Virus record (IMG/VR): IMGVR_UViG_3300027589_000004
Span: 1 to 60,127 of that record
Strand: one strand, 5' to 3'
Length of the DNA: 60,127 nt
Source: a virus
Taxonomy: Duplodnaviria; Caudoviricetes
Shown here: positions 37,708-47,099 of the stretch, one piece after another
Layout: every line of letters begins with the position of its first letter
How positions within the stretch are numbered: the stretch's first letter is position 1
Notes under the pieces: model-generated
Databases searched by the model: none
Seen by the model: only the letters and a program-made list of their open reading frames with translations
What the model was told of the DNA's origin: nothing
Translations under genes and position numbers: made by a program

Positions 37708-38123
37708 GACATAGCTCCAAAGACGTCAAGGGTTCGAGGCATCTCATTCTCTGAGATACTCACCGTTAGAGGATCTGATTTGAAATACACCTTCCCATTA
37801 GAGATGTCACTACCCAAGTATCTTACTTCTACCGGCCTATGCTTCATGTTAGCATTATTCCCATAGAGCATCTCTTTCTCATCAGGAGAACAATCTAGAG
37901 GAAGAATTATTCTTTTGCCATTAAGCAAATAGACTTCAACTGCACAGATACCTGGGTTTGTTTCCAAGATACTCTGGGCCGCTGGAGAAAGATCAAGATC
38001 CGTAATTGAATATACTCCGATTACGATTCCCCTGATCTTAGACTCCGAGGTCAATGATTCTTTGTTGGCTTCTGCAGTCGCAGCGTGTAGCCTTCTCTGC
38101 AAAGCGCCTACTGGAATTGGCAT
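37704..38123 (-). CDS. Putative spike/hub-associated OB-fold-like protein
   Basis: Position after the hub; GIVIGV...VEVRY pattern. Confidence 0.4.
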   Translation of the reverse strand: MPIPVGALQRRLHAATAEANKESLTSESKIRGIVIGVYSITDLDLSPAAQSILETNPGICAVEVYLLNGKRIILPLDCSPDEKEMLYGNNANMKHRPVEVRYLGSDISNGKVYFKSDPLTVSISENEMPRTLDVFGAMS

Positions 38124-38132
38124 GTTTACCTC

Positions 38133-41100
38133 TTATCGTTGGATTCGGCTTGGGTTACTTGCAATCTCTGCCGCTTGGTTGATCTTTTCCCAAGCGCCTG
38201 TAGAGTACTGATCGAAGAGATTCGTCAGATCTTGCGCTCCCTCAAAGGTATCATTGATTTCTCTGACTAGCTGCCCCTTGAAATGCTTCCACACTAGAGT
38301 GGGGTCTTTCAGGGACAAACCAGAAACAATAGGCCTTCCAGACTTAACAAGAGGCACAAGCATAATAGACTGCTCTCGCATGCATTGCATCAAGAGCACC
38401 GAACCACCAAGCAGGGTACGCATCGAGGGCGCCTTCATTGTGGCAACTTCATACATACCTGCACCAGTGGCAACGGCCCCTGTCATGCCGCTTGCAAATC
38501 CAAGTAGGCTCAGCACCTTGCTGTGCTTCCATAGCAATCCTCCACCAAGCGTTCCAGCGAAGAGAGTCCCTGCTGTTAACAAAGTCCCACCAACTAAGAA
38601 AGCCGGCCTGAGGTTATCTAGTGTTGCTGAGATCTCAGCGTCTGCTTGAGTTAGCTCGCTAATCAGCTCATCATCATTGCCGATAATGTCAGAAAGGGTC
38701 TTGTTGTTTTTATCAAGAGACATCAGCCTCTCTTTGATGATGTCAGTGTCTCTGGCTGAGATATTGAGGTGTCCCAAGATATCGTTAAGAGTCTTCTTGT
38801 CTTCAGTAGAGATGGACGGGAAGGTCTCATAGGACTCATTGCACGTAGCGTACACATCTTCCATAGCAAGAGAGGCCAGCTTAGCAGCTTCAATGATGGG
38901 CCAAGAGGAAATCTCATTAGCAATAGTGATAGCCGCAGGCTTGATCTCTGTAATGAACCCAGTCTCGAATGAGAAGGTATGAACTACTTGTTCGATCTCA
39001 ATAGGGCCAAACATGTCGTTGTACGAGTCAGCGAGGATGCCAACATCCCAAGGACGAATTCTCGGAGAGCCCATAAGAAGGATCTCGCCGCGGTACATCT
39101 TCTTCATCTCTTGTAGCAACGAACCCATTGCATACCTACGGGCAACTGTTTCTTGGCGACAGTTCCTATATTTCGGTAGCTCATGCATACGAACCATATG
39201 CTCAGGAAGGAAGCTGTGAGCCTTTACCTGCTGGTTACCAATAGCTTCTGGAACAGCTACATCAGTATCGTAATAGAAGACGTTTACTGCATTGGCGCAA
39301 GCATTCTCTGACGACATCAAACCATTCCAAATGATATCTGTCCAAGAAGAGAAGTGGTGGTGCTTTCTGAATGGCTCGAATCGCACTTCCATGCCACGCA
39401 GATACTCTTTCATAGCCATGCCGCGGTATTCATTTTGTAGCAATACTTCGGGGTCCTTACCATTGCTGTTGATAGCCAGCCACTCATCTACAGAGTAGTT
39501 GTGGATTCTGTCTCCGTAGAGTTCTTTGGCTTCTACCATGGAAACATAGTTGTCTCTCAAAACATTGTCCAAGAGATTCATTCTCTTAATGAATCTATCC
39601 GAAGCTGGCTTACTCCAGTATCTCTGGGTTGGTACTCCAAAGAACATTGTGTACCTGAAGGCTTGCCCGTAGGGACGAGCAGCATAGACCCAGCCTGGAT
39701 GCCTCAGGGACATCTCTTGGAAGACTTCCCAGATTGTTGCGTTGTCGATTACGTACTGGTAAGCGCGAGGGTCGGCTCTCTTATCAAACAAGCTTTTGCC
39801 AGCAACGTAAGAAGCCGCAGTCATACCCCAACTGTCATCAATCATTCCTACCGCAGCTCTTGTAACGCTAGCGGCCAATCCTCTGAAGAATGAAGTCCTT
39901 TCCAGTTTCATATAGTCTTTTGGATGGGGGCAATATAGGTTGTCGTCTTGGGGAGACACAAAGAAGCTTACTTTAGTTGCCTCAAAAAACCGGCCAAGAT
40001 ACCTAAGATACCGCTCGTTGAAATCTCTAACTACTTGAGTGTTAGCGATGGCATCAAGACCGAGCGCAGTAGCATAGCCTCCTACTAGAAGACTGCTTTG
40101 AACAGTCAATAGTTTCAGGCCACCAGTAATTCCTCTTCCTAAGAAACCAAGCTTATTCCCCCAAACAGCTTTTGCTACTTCGGTTACGCTAATTCCTGGA
40201 GCGTTTAGCACTTTCAAAGAAGCGTAGATCGTCTGCAGGCTACCCCTGGCAGACTCGGCGAGGTCGGTTAGTTCGTCTACATTCTTAGCAGAAGAAGCAC
40301 CTTGGCGCCAATTTGCTAGTACTTTTGCAGCCATTCTTTGAGCTTCTGGAGATCCAGTCTCTCTAATAAGTCTAATCATTGGAACAAGTAGGTCTCTTGT
40401 GATACCTCCTTTTGCAGCAAGTCTCTGCGCATCATCTGCGAAGTCTACGATTTCTTTGCTTCCGACTCCCGCTTTTCTAAAGTGATCATCAAGAGCTCTT
40501 TTGGCTGCCTGTTCGGCTCTGTGCTTCTTGGACGTAGAAGTGAACAGGCGAGTAAATCTCCCTGTCTTAGAAGCTCCAGTTTCGATTGCAGAACCAATTC
40601 CTCTTGCGACTTTGCTAGCTCCAACCATATCATCGATTTTAGTTAGGCCCTTAACGAGCATAGTAGCAAAGGGTCCCCTTGCAGCATTCGCTCCACCAAC
40701 CACAGCAGCGCCTTTTGTTAGTGCTCTACCAGCAGGCATTAACTGAATTGCCATCAATGTGGCTGACAAGAACAACATGATTCCTGTGTTGTTTGCCATA
40801 AAGGAACCAACTCGGTTTGTGAATTTGAACTTACCAGAGAGTCCTTCTCGCGAGTAGTTTGTAAAGTCGAGCCGCGCATCCTTTTGTTCGTTGTTCTGGA
40901 AAAGCTGCCCTACTTCCCAACGGCCAAAGTGTACTAGTTCAGGAGACAGCATCAAGTGACCAAGCAAGTGATGCGTAGTGTGATGAACGTCTTTGTTTTC
41001 TGCAGAGGGATCCATTCCCTTTCGTTCTTGGATTAACTCTGTACCAAAAGACTGAACTACGATTTCAGCAAGGTCATTGTTCTTGTTCCAAGACAAGTCG

Positions 41101-44100
41101 ATGATTCTTCCAGATAGAAGCACTTCCAAGTTCCTTGGATCATTTGAATACCCGGCCCTTAGCTGTACGTTCAGGCCTGGACGCAACACCACAGACCCGA
41201 AGGGCTGTTCGTAATTTGTGCCCTCAGTTAGTGCATCCGTAGCAAGAGAAGAGCGGTCCTTGCCCAAGTTCTTTTCGATTCTTTTATCGAAGTAATCCAA
41301 GTCAGCGATAGCGCCACGCTTGCTGCCATCAAGAATGCCAGACACGTTTTGTAGTGTGATTACCGCCATATCTGCTGGCGACTCTTTAGTGGTTACGAAC
41401 GTGAATTCTTTGACACCGCCGTATGAATAGAAGTCATCCAAGCTCAAGAGTCCATTCTCTGTCTCATCCTCTTCTACGAAGAACAGCTTGAATGTGGGGA
41501 ATGCTCTAGCCATTGTGAGCTTTCTGGAGAAGATATCCTTGGTGGAATCTCTGGAGAGCGAGATCAAAGATTCCTTGCTCCAGCTATGTCCAACAGTTTC
41601 CAAGCCAGCCGTTGTCGTTTCGATTACAGGCTTACCATCTGGGCCCTTAGGAGCAAGCGAGTCTAAATATCCTTGCCGCGAACCAAACAGCTTATCGACT
41701 GCTTTAGTCTTTTCCTCTAGCTTCTCGATGTCTTCTTCTGTGATGGGGCTCGGGTTATCTGTAAAGCTTTCACCCGCGCTAGAGAACACATTCGTCCTAA
41801 TCAACTGGGGCAAGGTGATTTTTGCGTTAAATAGCTCAGGATCACTTGATTCAATCTGTTCTTGGAATACTTTAGTTTCTGGAGTCATTTCGTTGTAGAA
41901 AGGGATTGCCGTCGCCCCCTTGTTCTTATCCGAATTGAACTTACCGTCAGTTCCTTCAGCACTAAAGTATACGGTGCGCTCTACTTCAGCCATAGCTGCA
42001 CTGTTGTACTTGATGTACGGGTGATCCATTTTTAGGTTTTCACCCTCTTGCAGCTTACGCATTGACTCGTAAGCTTCGCTTACTTCAAAAGCCATCGCAT
42101 CTGCGATCCTTTCGTAATGCTCTTTAGCAAGAGCGTCTCCATCGTCATAAACGTTCCAGTAGTAGAAGTCTGGAGCGGTATCCTTGCTGTCCCCATAGAA
42201 GGGGTGCGCAGGCAAAAGCATGTCCGGATAAGCTTCTGTTCCTTGCAAGCTTTGGTTGTTAGCAAGAATCCCCGAATAGTTCTCTAGGCCGATAAGCTTA
42301 AGGACTTCGTAGTCGTTAATGATCACATCAGCAAGGGACGCATATTCTCTTCTAAGGGCCTCAATCTTCTCTTCTTCTGCAGTCCGAGTAATATCGAACT
42401 CCATAGAAGAACCCCACCTAGAGATACCTTTTACATTTGGGAACAAGTCATCCATGGCGTCCTTGAGAGACTTGCCTGAAAGAAGACCAAAGACGTTCAG
42501 TGCCAAATCTACACTTGAGAGATTCAAACCGCTTTTAGCGTTCCTGTCGTTAAGGATCTGCTCGATTTCATCAGTAGATTCATTCAGCTTGTAGTCTTCC
42601 GGCTGAGCTGGATAGAAGTTCAAGCTTGGAACCATCTTCAGAATAGCAGGAACTCCTAACAACTCGAGGTCAGAAGCTTGGAAAGGTGCGAAGGGAGACC
42701 AGTACCCAGTTGACGACATCACCTTTTGGAAGCTTTCCATGTTCGAGTCAATCGGAGAGTAACCTGTCTTCTTATCTGCCAAGAGAGCGTCGACAACTCC
42801 AATGTTCATATCTGCAACATAGGATTTGCCTAAGTCAATCAAGCCAGTGCTACTCCAAAGCATCTTCCGGAAATACAAAGATGTGACTGCGTGGTACATC
42901 TCTTCATGGGCCGTTAGGTAGAAATCATCCAGAAGAACCGTACCATTAAGTCCCTGCTGAGGAACAAGTTCTTTGTTATCAATACTGTCAGATACAGATC
43001 GATAACTGGCCCCCAGCAAAGTTCCTAACAGAAGGTCTGCCATTCCTTCAAAAGGTACAGTGGTGATGGCTCCCACGCGGTCCCAGGCACGCTCCATGTC
43101 GTAACTCATGTCTGTTACGATGCCAGCTGCATCTCTTGTTAGCTCGTCCACGACTTCTTGATCCCTTTCTGGCAAGGGCAAAAAGCTTGGCCAATTCTTG
43201 TTTGTGGTAAGCGTCTCAATGGCATCTCCTCTTAGAAGAGGATTCTTAGCAAGATAAGGGACATGCTCCATGCTCATCGAAGCTCCTACTACTCTAGCGG
43301 CCAAAGAAGTTTGGAAGCTAAGGAATGCATTCCACATCGAAGGAACAACTGGCTGACGATAAAGCTTCTCTCTAGCTTCGCTAATAGTCAAACCGCCATC
43401 TTTAAAGTTTCCATCTACACGAGAAGGATCTTCAGATAAGGTAAGAGAAGCTTTTCTGTTCAACTCGTTCAACAGGGCGTAGTAGTCAAAAGCCCTCTTA
43501 TAGCCTTCTGCCAATCCCGCAGTCCCGTAGGTATCGATAATTCTTTGAATACCAAACTTAGCAGGTGAAACATTTGGCCTTTGACCAGTAGAATAGTCTG
43601 AGGTCCAGTCCTCATACGGATCAGGCGCAGCTTCTTTAAGAACTTCAATACCTAGCTGTTCTGCGTTTACAAAGTAATACACATTCCCATCAGGGTCTGC
43701 AGTAGCCGAGAAGAGACGGTTCTCTGGTTCATTGGCTACGATCCAAGCGATGGCGGCGGCTAGCTTACTATCCTCAGTATTTACCGGCAACTTAAGAGAA
43801 AGCGCGTCTCCGCCAGCAAGAGCAGGTGGCAAAGGCACAGCTTCGAACGTACCGTAATCTGGAGAGGTAACATCAAATACGCTAGCATTGGCTGCTTGGG
43901 CTAAAGCCAAAGCCAACACATCCTTCTGTGCAAAAGTGGTATCAATGATTCTCTTAAGGACTTGCTCTCTGGCAGTCTGCACATCTTCGAATTGAGAAGA
44001 CATATTTGTTAGCTTTTCAGCATCAAAGTCACTTGTCTCTGTCAGCTCTAGGGACATATACGAAAGCCCGGGGTTGCCTTCTACGTTAGCAATCTCTGTT

Positions 44101-47099
44101 CTATCGATCACAGTCCTTTTCTTGATCTCAAGGAACTCTGGAGCGTCTTGCTCTGTGTCTGTATCAACGGCGTCATCAGAGGTTCTATAAGTGCCCATAA
44201 AGCGAGTAAGGAAGGTGTCACAAAGACTTGCCCAGCTGTTCGGGACTTCTCTAAACACGCGAGCGTTCCTCTGCAAGCGAGCCCTCATACCTTCAAGGGC
44301 CACTCCTCCTGAAGACAAACCATCCATAGTAGATTCTTTGTCGATCATAGCAAACTCAAAAGAGTAACTAGGTTCGTTGCTACCAAGGAACTGCAGAGTC
44401 GGAAACTCATGCCCTAGCAAAGGAATCTGTGAGATGACGGCGTTGTATGAAGCCGAGGCGCCAGTGAAGATCGTGTCCATAAAAGAGAAAGACTCAGCAG
44501 AACCTTCCTCCGGCACAGTAGGAGCATGCGAACGCAACGAGATGATCACCGTTTTGTAGTACAAGTTCATCGTGGCATCAGAACCACCGTAAGCGTACCA
44601 GCCGTCGTTGATTAGAGAAGCCAATTCATCAGAAAGACCTTCAAGTCTTTCTGCATCAAGCTTCTGGGCGTTCACGTCTTGCTGAACGGTATTGTTGATC
44701 GCTTGAGTGAGATCCTCTTTGAGGTAGTTCCCTTGATAGTCGGCTGGGAACTCGGTCCAAGATTTGTTCTTTGCATTTGCATATACTGTCTTTAAGTCTA
44801 CAAGAACATACGATGGCGTTCCTTGATCCTTAGGAACACAGAGATTGCCGTTAGAAGTAAACGGGGTTGGCGGCGCAAGTGATGTTACCTTAAATGGTTC
44901 CCTGTACTCGATATGCAGATGCACTGGGAAGCTTTCAAAACTCCAAGGCTCCAGTCTATCGGTTTCGGGGTTTACGCTCTTTGCGCTTGTTAGCTTCTTC
45001 CTTTCCACTTCAAGAGAACCGCTTGTAATCTGGGTCTCTTTGGTGAGGTATTTAACGAATGTCCCGATCTCTCCGTTTTGTCCTGTGGCGTAAGTGCCTG
45101 TAGAGCCCATAATAGCGAACGGAGTAGATGGGTCGGCGCGACCATTCTCTACTGCAGGATCCAAGAATGAATCCAAATGCATGTAGACACTTTTGGAACC
45201 ATCATCGTGAGTGATGCTTACTGTGTTGCCTTGTGAGGCGCCATTGCACCAAAACATACCGACTGCATTAGTGCCCGCTCTAACGACTAAGAAGTCGCCA
45301 ACTCGCATACATCCAGTCAAGAAACTGTTAAGGGTGCCTACATCGGTAGCGTTCTTAACAGTATCAAGCGCAGAGCCATACTTACTGAACCTGGCAGCGT
45401 GGCTAGGGTCCTGCATCAACAAAACTAACATGTTCCTATGGGCAGTAGAAAGCTTAGCTGTGTTTCCATCAACGCCAGTGAAGTAGATAGTCTTCTTGCT
45501 CGAAAGATCCACAAAGCGAGTGACGTTTGAGAATACCCCTGGTTTAATCGGATAAACATAAGTAGGCTCAGTGCCCCTAATAGGGGAAACGTCCCAGCCT
45601 TCATGTAACCGAGTATCTCCTTTCTTTAGACCCGAGGAACCCGCTACAGCAAAGTTTCTCTCTGCAATCCCCTGTCCGCTACGAGCGTCTAGTTCTGCGA
45701 ATGTCAGTCGCTTGGTTGCCGTACCAATAGGAGACCCAAGCCCTGCAGGTAGAGCAGGAGCCAAGCTGACTAGATGAGCTACAGACCCACCACTGCTCTT
45801 AGTTAGCATATAGGTGTTTTGGGTATTCGGATCTTGTACGAATCCTTTACCCAGCTTAGCGCTTTCTTGATATGCAACCGTATTGGCTTGATTGTACGCC
45901 GCCGCGGTTCTAATACGCGCCATATCCGATACAGCTTTGCCCCACTCAGGAGGCATCATGATTTCTTTGTAGATGTTGTATGCAAAGTGAATCCGGCCGT
46001 TCCTCTCGAGCATGCGTTCGCGTACGCTAGCCATTACACCACGCCATCTAGCTTGGGCTGTCCTTCTCTCTTCTTCGGAAGCTACAGCCATGACTGGGCC
46101 CGTATGAAGCGCCCAGGTCTCTTTCTTGTTCTCTTCACTCGGATCCCAAACCCCAAAGAATCCTTCTACTGGTACACCTGCAGACTTAAACTCTTGCTCA
46201 AGATCAATGCCAAAGTTTAACCACAGAGAATCTCTCTGGAGGTAGTTATAGAAACGAGTATAGATCTTAGAGTTGTATGGAAGAACGATAGGATCCGCTT
46301 TCTTCATCATAGAGACCTTAGGCAGCAGGTCCCATTCAAACCCTTCGTGGAGGCGCTCCATCTCTAAGATGGACATTGGGGTTGGCGCTGGGCTTACGTC
46401 GTCTCCAGTCAAGGAGAACGAGGCAGAAGCCCTGTTGTTTGCGCGATGAGTAATAGAAGGACGCGGCACCCTTTTCCCGTCTTCTAGGGGCAAGGACCAA
46501 CCAATAGATTTCCTAATGATTTCACTTTGCTTGCTGTGACCATACTCCGGCTCATCACTATCTACTTCGTATTCAGTTAGATCGTTAGTCTCCCACTCGC
46601 TTCTAAACAGGAAGTTGGGCCCATAAGGTGCATAGTTAAACCAGCTCATACCAAGTTGGACAATCCAAGCATCGGTAGTCCCGCTCATAGTGGAGATATT
46701 GAAAGAGTCTACGGCAAACGCCATGCTCTTAACTCCGGGCTCTTCAGGGATGATAGATTCCCTCAAGAAACGGTTCTCTACAAACACAAAAGGGTTGTGC
46801 CTAATCTGTACTCTTAAGCGATGAAAGTCAATCAAGCTGTTGTTCAGGAATGGGATGACTACCGCTACACGAATTGCTCCATGTCCAGTTGGAACTTTAG
46901 TAGTAGCTGGAGACCTAATAGTCTTCCAGCTATAGCTCAAGTCTTCTTTCTGAACAGAGATAGACGTTGGAGGAATAACGAATGCGATGTCGTTAAGCAC
47001 AAATACGTCTTTACGCTTGTGCAGCTCTTGCTCACTAACAGGGTTGATAACTTCTGCTACGTGACGGCTCAGATCGTCTTCTGGACGAGTGCGGTTCAT
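38133..47099 (-). CDS. Giant baseplate hub / tail lysin (2988 aa) with an M23 peptidase domain
   Basis: M23 motifs HEGWD, GNTVSITH...YMHL, GSTG and PVHLHIE. Hub-like segments LRPGLNVQLRAGY...SGRI and MGSPRIRPWD...IEQVVHTF. Several hydrophobic helices. Confidence 0.75.
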   Translation of the reverse strand: MNRTRPEDDLSRHVAEVINPVSEQELHKRKDVFVLNDIAFVIPPTSISVQKEDLSYSWKTIRSPATTKVPTGHGAIRVAVVIPFLNNSLIDFHRLRVQIRHNPFVFVENRFLRESIIPEEPGVKSMAFAVDSFNISTMSGTTDAWIVQLGMSWFNYAPYGPNFLFRSEWETNDLTEYEVDSDEPEYGHSKQSEIIRKSIGWSLPLEDGKRVPRPSITHRANNRASASFSLTGDDVSPAPTPMSILEMERLHEGFEWDLLPKVSMMKKADPIVLPYNSKIYTRFYNYLQRDSLWLNFGIDLEQEFKSAGVPVEGFFGVWDPSEENKKETWALHTGPVMAVASEEERRTAQARWRGVMASVRERMLERNGRIHFAYNIYKEIMMPPEWGKAVSDMARIRTAAAYNQANTVAYQESAKLGKGFVQDPNTQNTYMLTKSSGGSVAHLVSLAPALPAGLGSPIGTATKRLTFAELDARSGQGIAERNFAVAGSSGLKKGDTRLHEGWDVSPIRGTEPTYVYPIKPGVFSNVTRFVDLSSKKTIYFTGVDGNTAKLSTAHRNMLVLLMQDPSHAARFSKYGSALDTVKNATDVGTLNSFLTGCMRVGDFLVVRAGTNAVGMFWCNGASQGNTVSITHDDGSKSVYMHLDSFLDPAVENGRADPSTPFAIMGSTGTYATGQNGEIGTFVKYLTKETQITSGSLEVERKKLTSAKSVNPETDRLEPWSFESFPVHLHIEYREPFKVTSLAPPTPFTSNGNLCVPKDQGTPSYVLVDLKTVYANAKNKSWTEFPADYQGNYLKEDLTQAINNTVQQDVNAQKLDAERLEGLSDELASLINDGWYAYGGSDATMNLYYKTVIISLRSHAPTVPEEGSAESFSFMDTIFTGASASYNAVISQIPLLGHEFPTLQFLGSNEPSYSFEFAMIDKESTMDGLSSGGVALEGMRARLQRNARVFREVPNSWASLCDTFLTRFMGTYRTSDDAVDTDTEQDAPEFLEIKKRTVIDRTEIANVEGNPGLSYMSLELTETSDFDAEKLTNMSSQFEDVQTAREQVLKRIIDTTFAQKDVLALALAQAANASVFDVTSPDYGTFEAVPLPPALAGGDALSLKLPVNTEDSKLAAAIAWIVANEPENRLFSATADPDGNVYYFVNAEQLGIEVLKEAAPDPYEDWTSDYSTGQRPNVSPAKFGIQRIIDTYGTAGLAEGYKRAFDYYALLNELNRKASLTLSEDPSRVDGNFKDGGLTISEAREKLYRQPVVPSMWNAFLSFQTSLAARVVGASMSMEHVPYLAKNPLLRGDAIETLTTNKNWPSFLPLPERDQEVVDELTRDAAGIVTDMSYDMERAWDRVGAITTVPFEGMADLLLGTLLGASYRSVSDSIDNKELVPQQGLNGTVLLDDFYLTAHEEMYHAVTSLYFRKMLWSSTGLIDLGKSYVADMNIGVVDALLADKKTGYSPIDSNMESFQKVMSSTGYWSPFAPFQASDLELLGVPAILKMVPSLNFYPAQPEDYKLNESTDEIEQILNDRNAKSGLNLSSVDLALNVFGLLSGKSLKDAMDDLFPNVKGISRWGSSMEFDITRTAEEEKIEALRREYASLADVIINDYEVLKLIGLENYSGILANNQSLQGTEAYPDMLLPAHPFYGDSKDTAPDFYYWNVYDDGDALAKEHYERIADAMAFEVSEAYESMRKLQEGENLKMDHPYIKYNSAAMAEVERTVYFSAEGTDGKFNSDKNKGATAIPFYNEMTPETKVFQEQIESSDPELFNAKITLPQLIRTNVFSSAGESFTDNPSPITEEDIEKLEEKTKAVDKLFGSRQGYLDSLAPKGPDGKPVIETTTAGLETVGHSWSKESLISLSRDSTKDIFSRKLTMARAFPTFKLFFVEEDETENGLLSLDDFYSYGGVKEFTFVTTKESPADMAVITLQNVSGILDGSKRGAIADLDYFDKRIEKNLGKDRSSLATDALTEGTNYEQPFGSVVLRPGLNVQLRAGYSNDPRNLEVLLSGRIIDLSWNKNNDLAEIVVQSFGTELIQERKGMDPSAENKDVHHTTHHLLGHLMLSPELVHFGRWEVGQLFQNNEQKDARLDFTNYSREGLSGKFKFTNRVGSFMANNTGIMLFLSATLMAIQLMPAGRALTKGAAVVGGANAARGPFATMLVKGLTKIDDMVGASKVARGIGSAIETGASKTGRFTRLFTSTSKKHRAEQAAKRALDDHFRKAGVGSKEIVDFADDAQRLAAKGGITRDLLVPMIRLIRETGSPEAQRMAAKVLANWRQGASSAKNVDELTDLAESARGSLQTIYASLKVLNAPGISVTEVAKAVWGNKLGFLGRGITGGLKLLTVQSSLLVGGYATALGLDAIANTQVVRDFNERYLRYLGRFFEATKVSFFVSPQDDNLYCPHPKDYMKLERTSFFRGLAASVTRAAVGMIDDSWGMTAASYVAGKSLFDKRADPRAYQYVIDNATIWEVFQEMSLRHPGWVYAARPYGQAFRYTMFFGVPTQRYWSKPASDRFIKRMNLLDNVLRDNYVSMVEAKELYGDRIHNYSVDEWLAINSNGKDPEVLLQNEYRGMAMKEYLRGMEVRFEPFRKHHHFSSWTDIIWNGLMSSENACANAVNVFYYDTDVAVPEAIGNQQVKAHSFLPEHMVRMHELPKYRNCRQETVARRYAMGSLLQEMKKMYRGEILLMGSPRIRPWDVGILADSYNDMFGPIEIEQVVHTFSFETGFITEIKPAAITIANEISSWPIIEAAKLASLAMEDVYATCNESYETFPSISTEDKKTLNDILGHLNISARDTDIIKERLMSLDKNNKTLSDIIGNDDELISELTQADAEISATLDNLRPAFLVGGTLLTAGTLFAGTLGGGLLWKHSKVLSLLGFASGMTGAVATGAGMYEVATMKAPSMRTLLGGSVLLMQCMREQSIMLVPLVKSGRPIVSGLSLKDPTLVWKHFKGQLVREINDTFEGAQDLTNLFDQYSTGAWEKINQAAEIASNPSRIQR

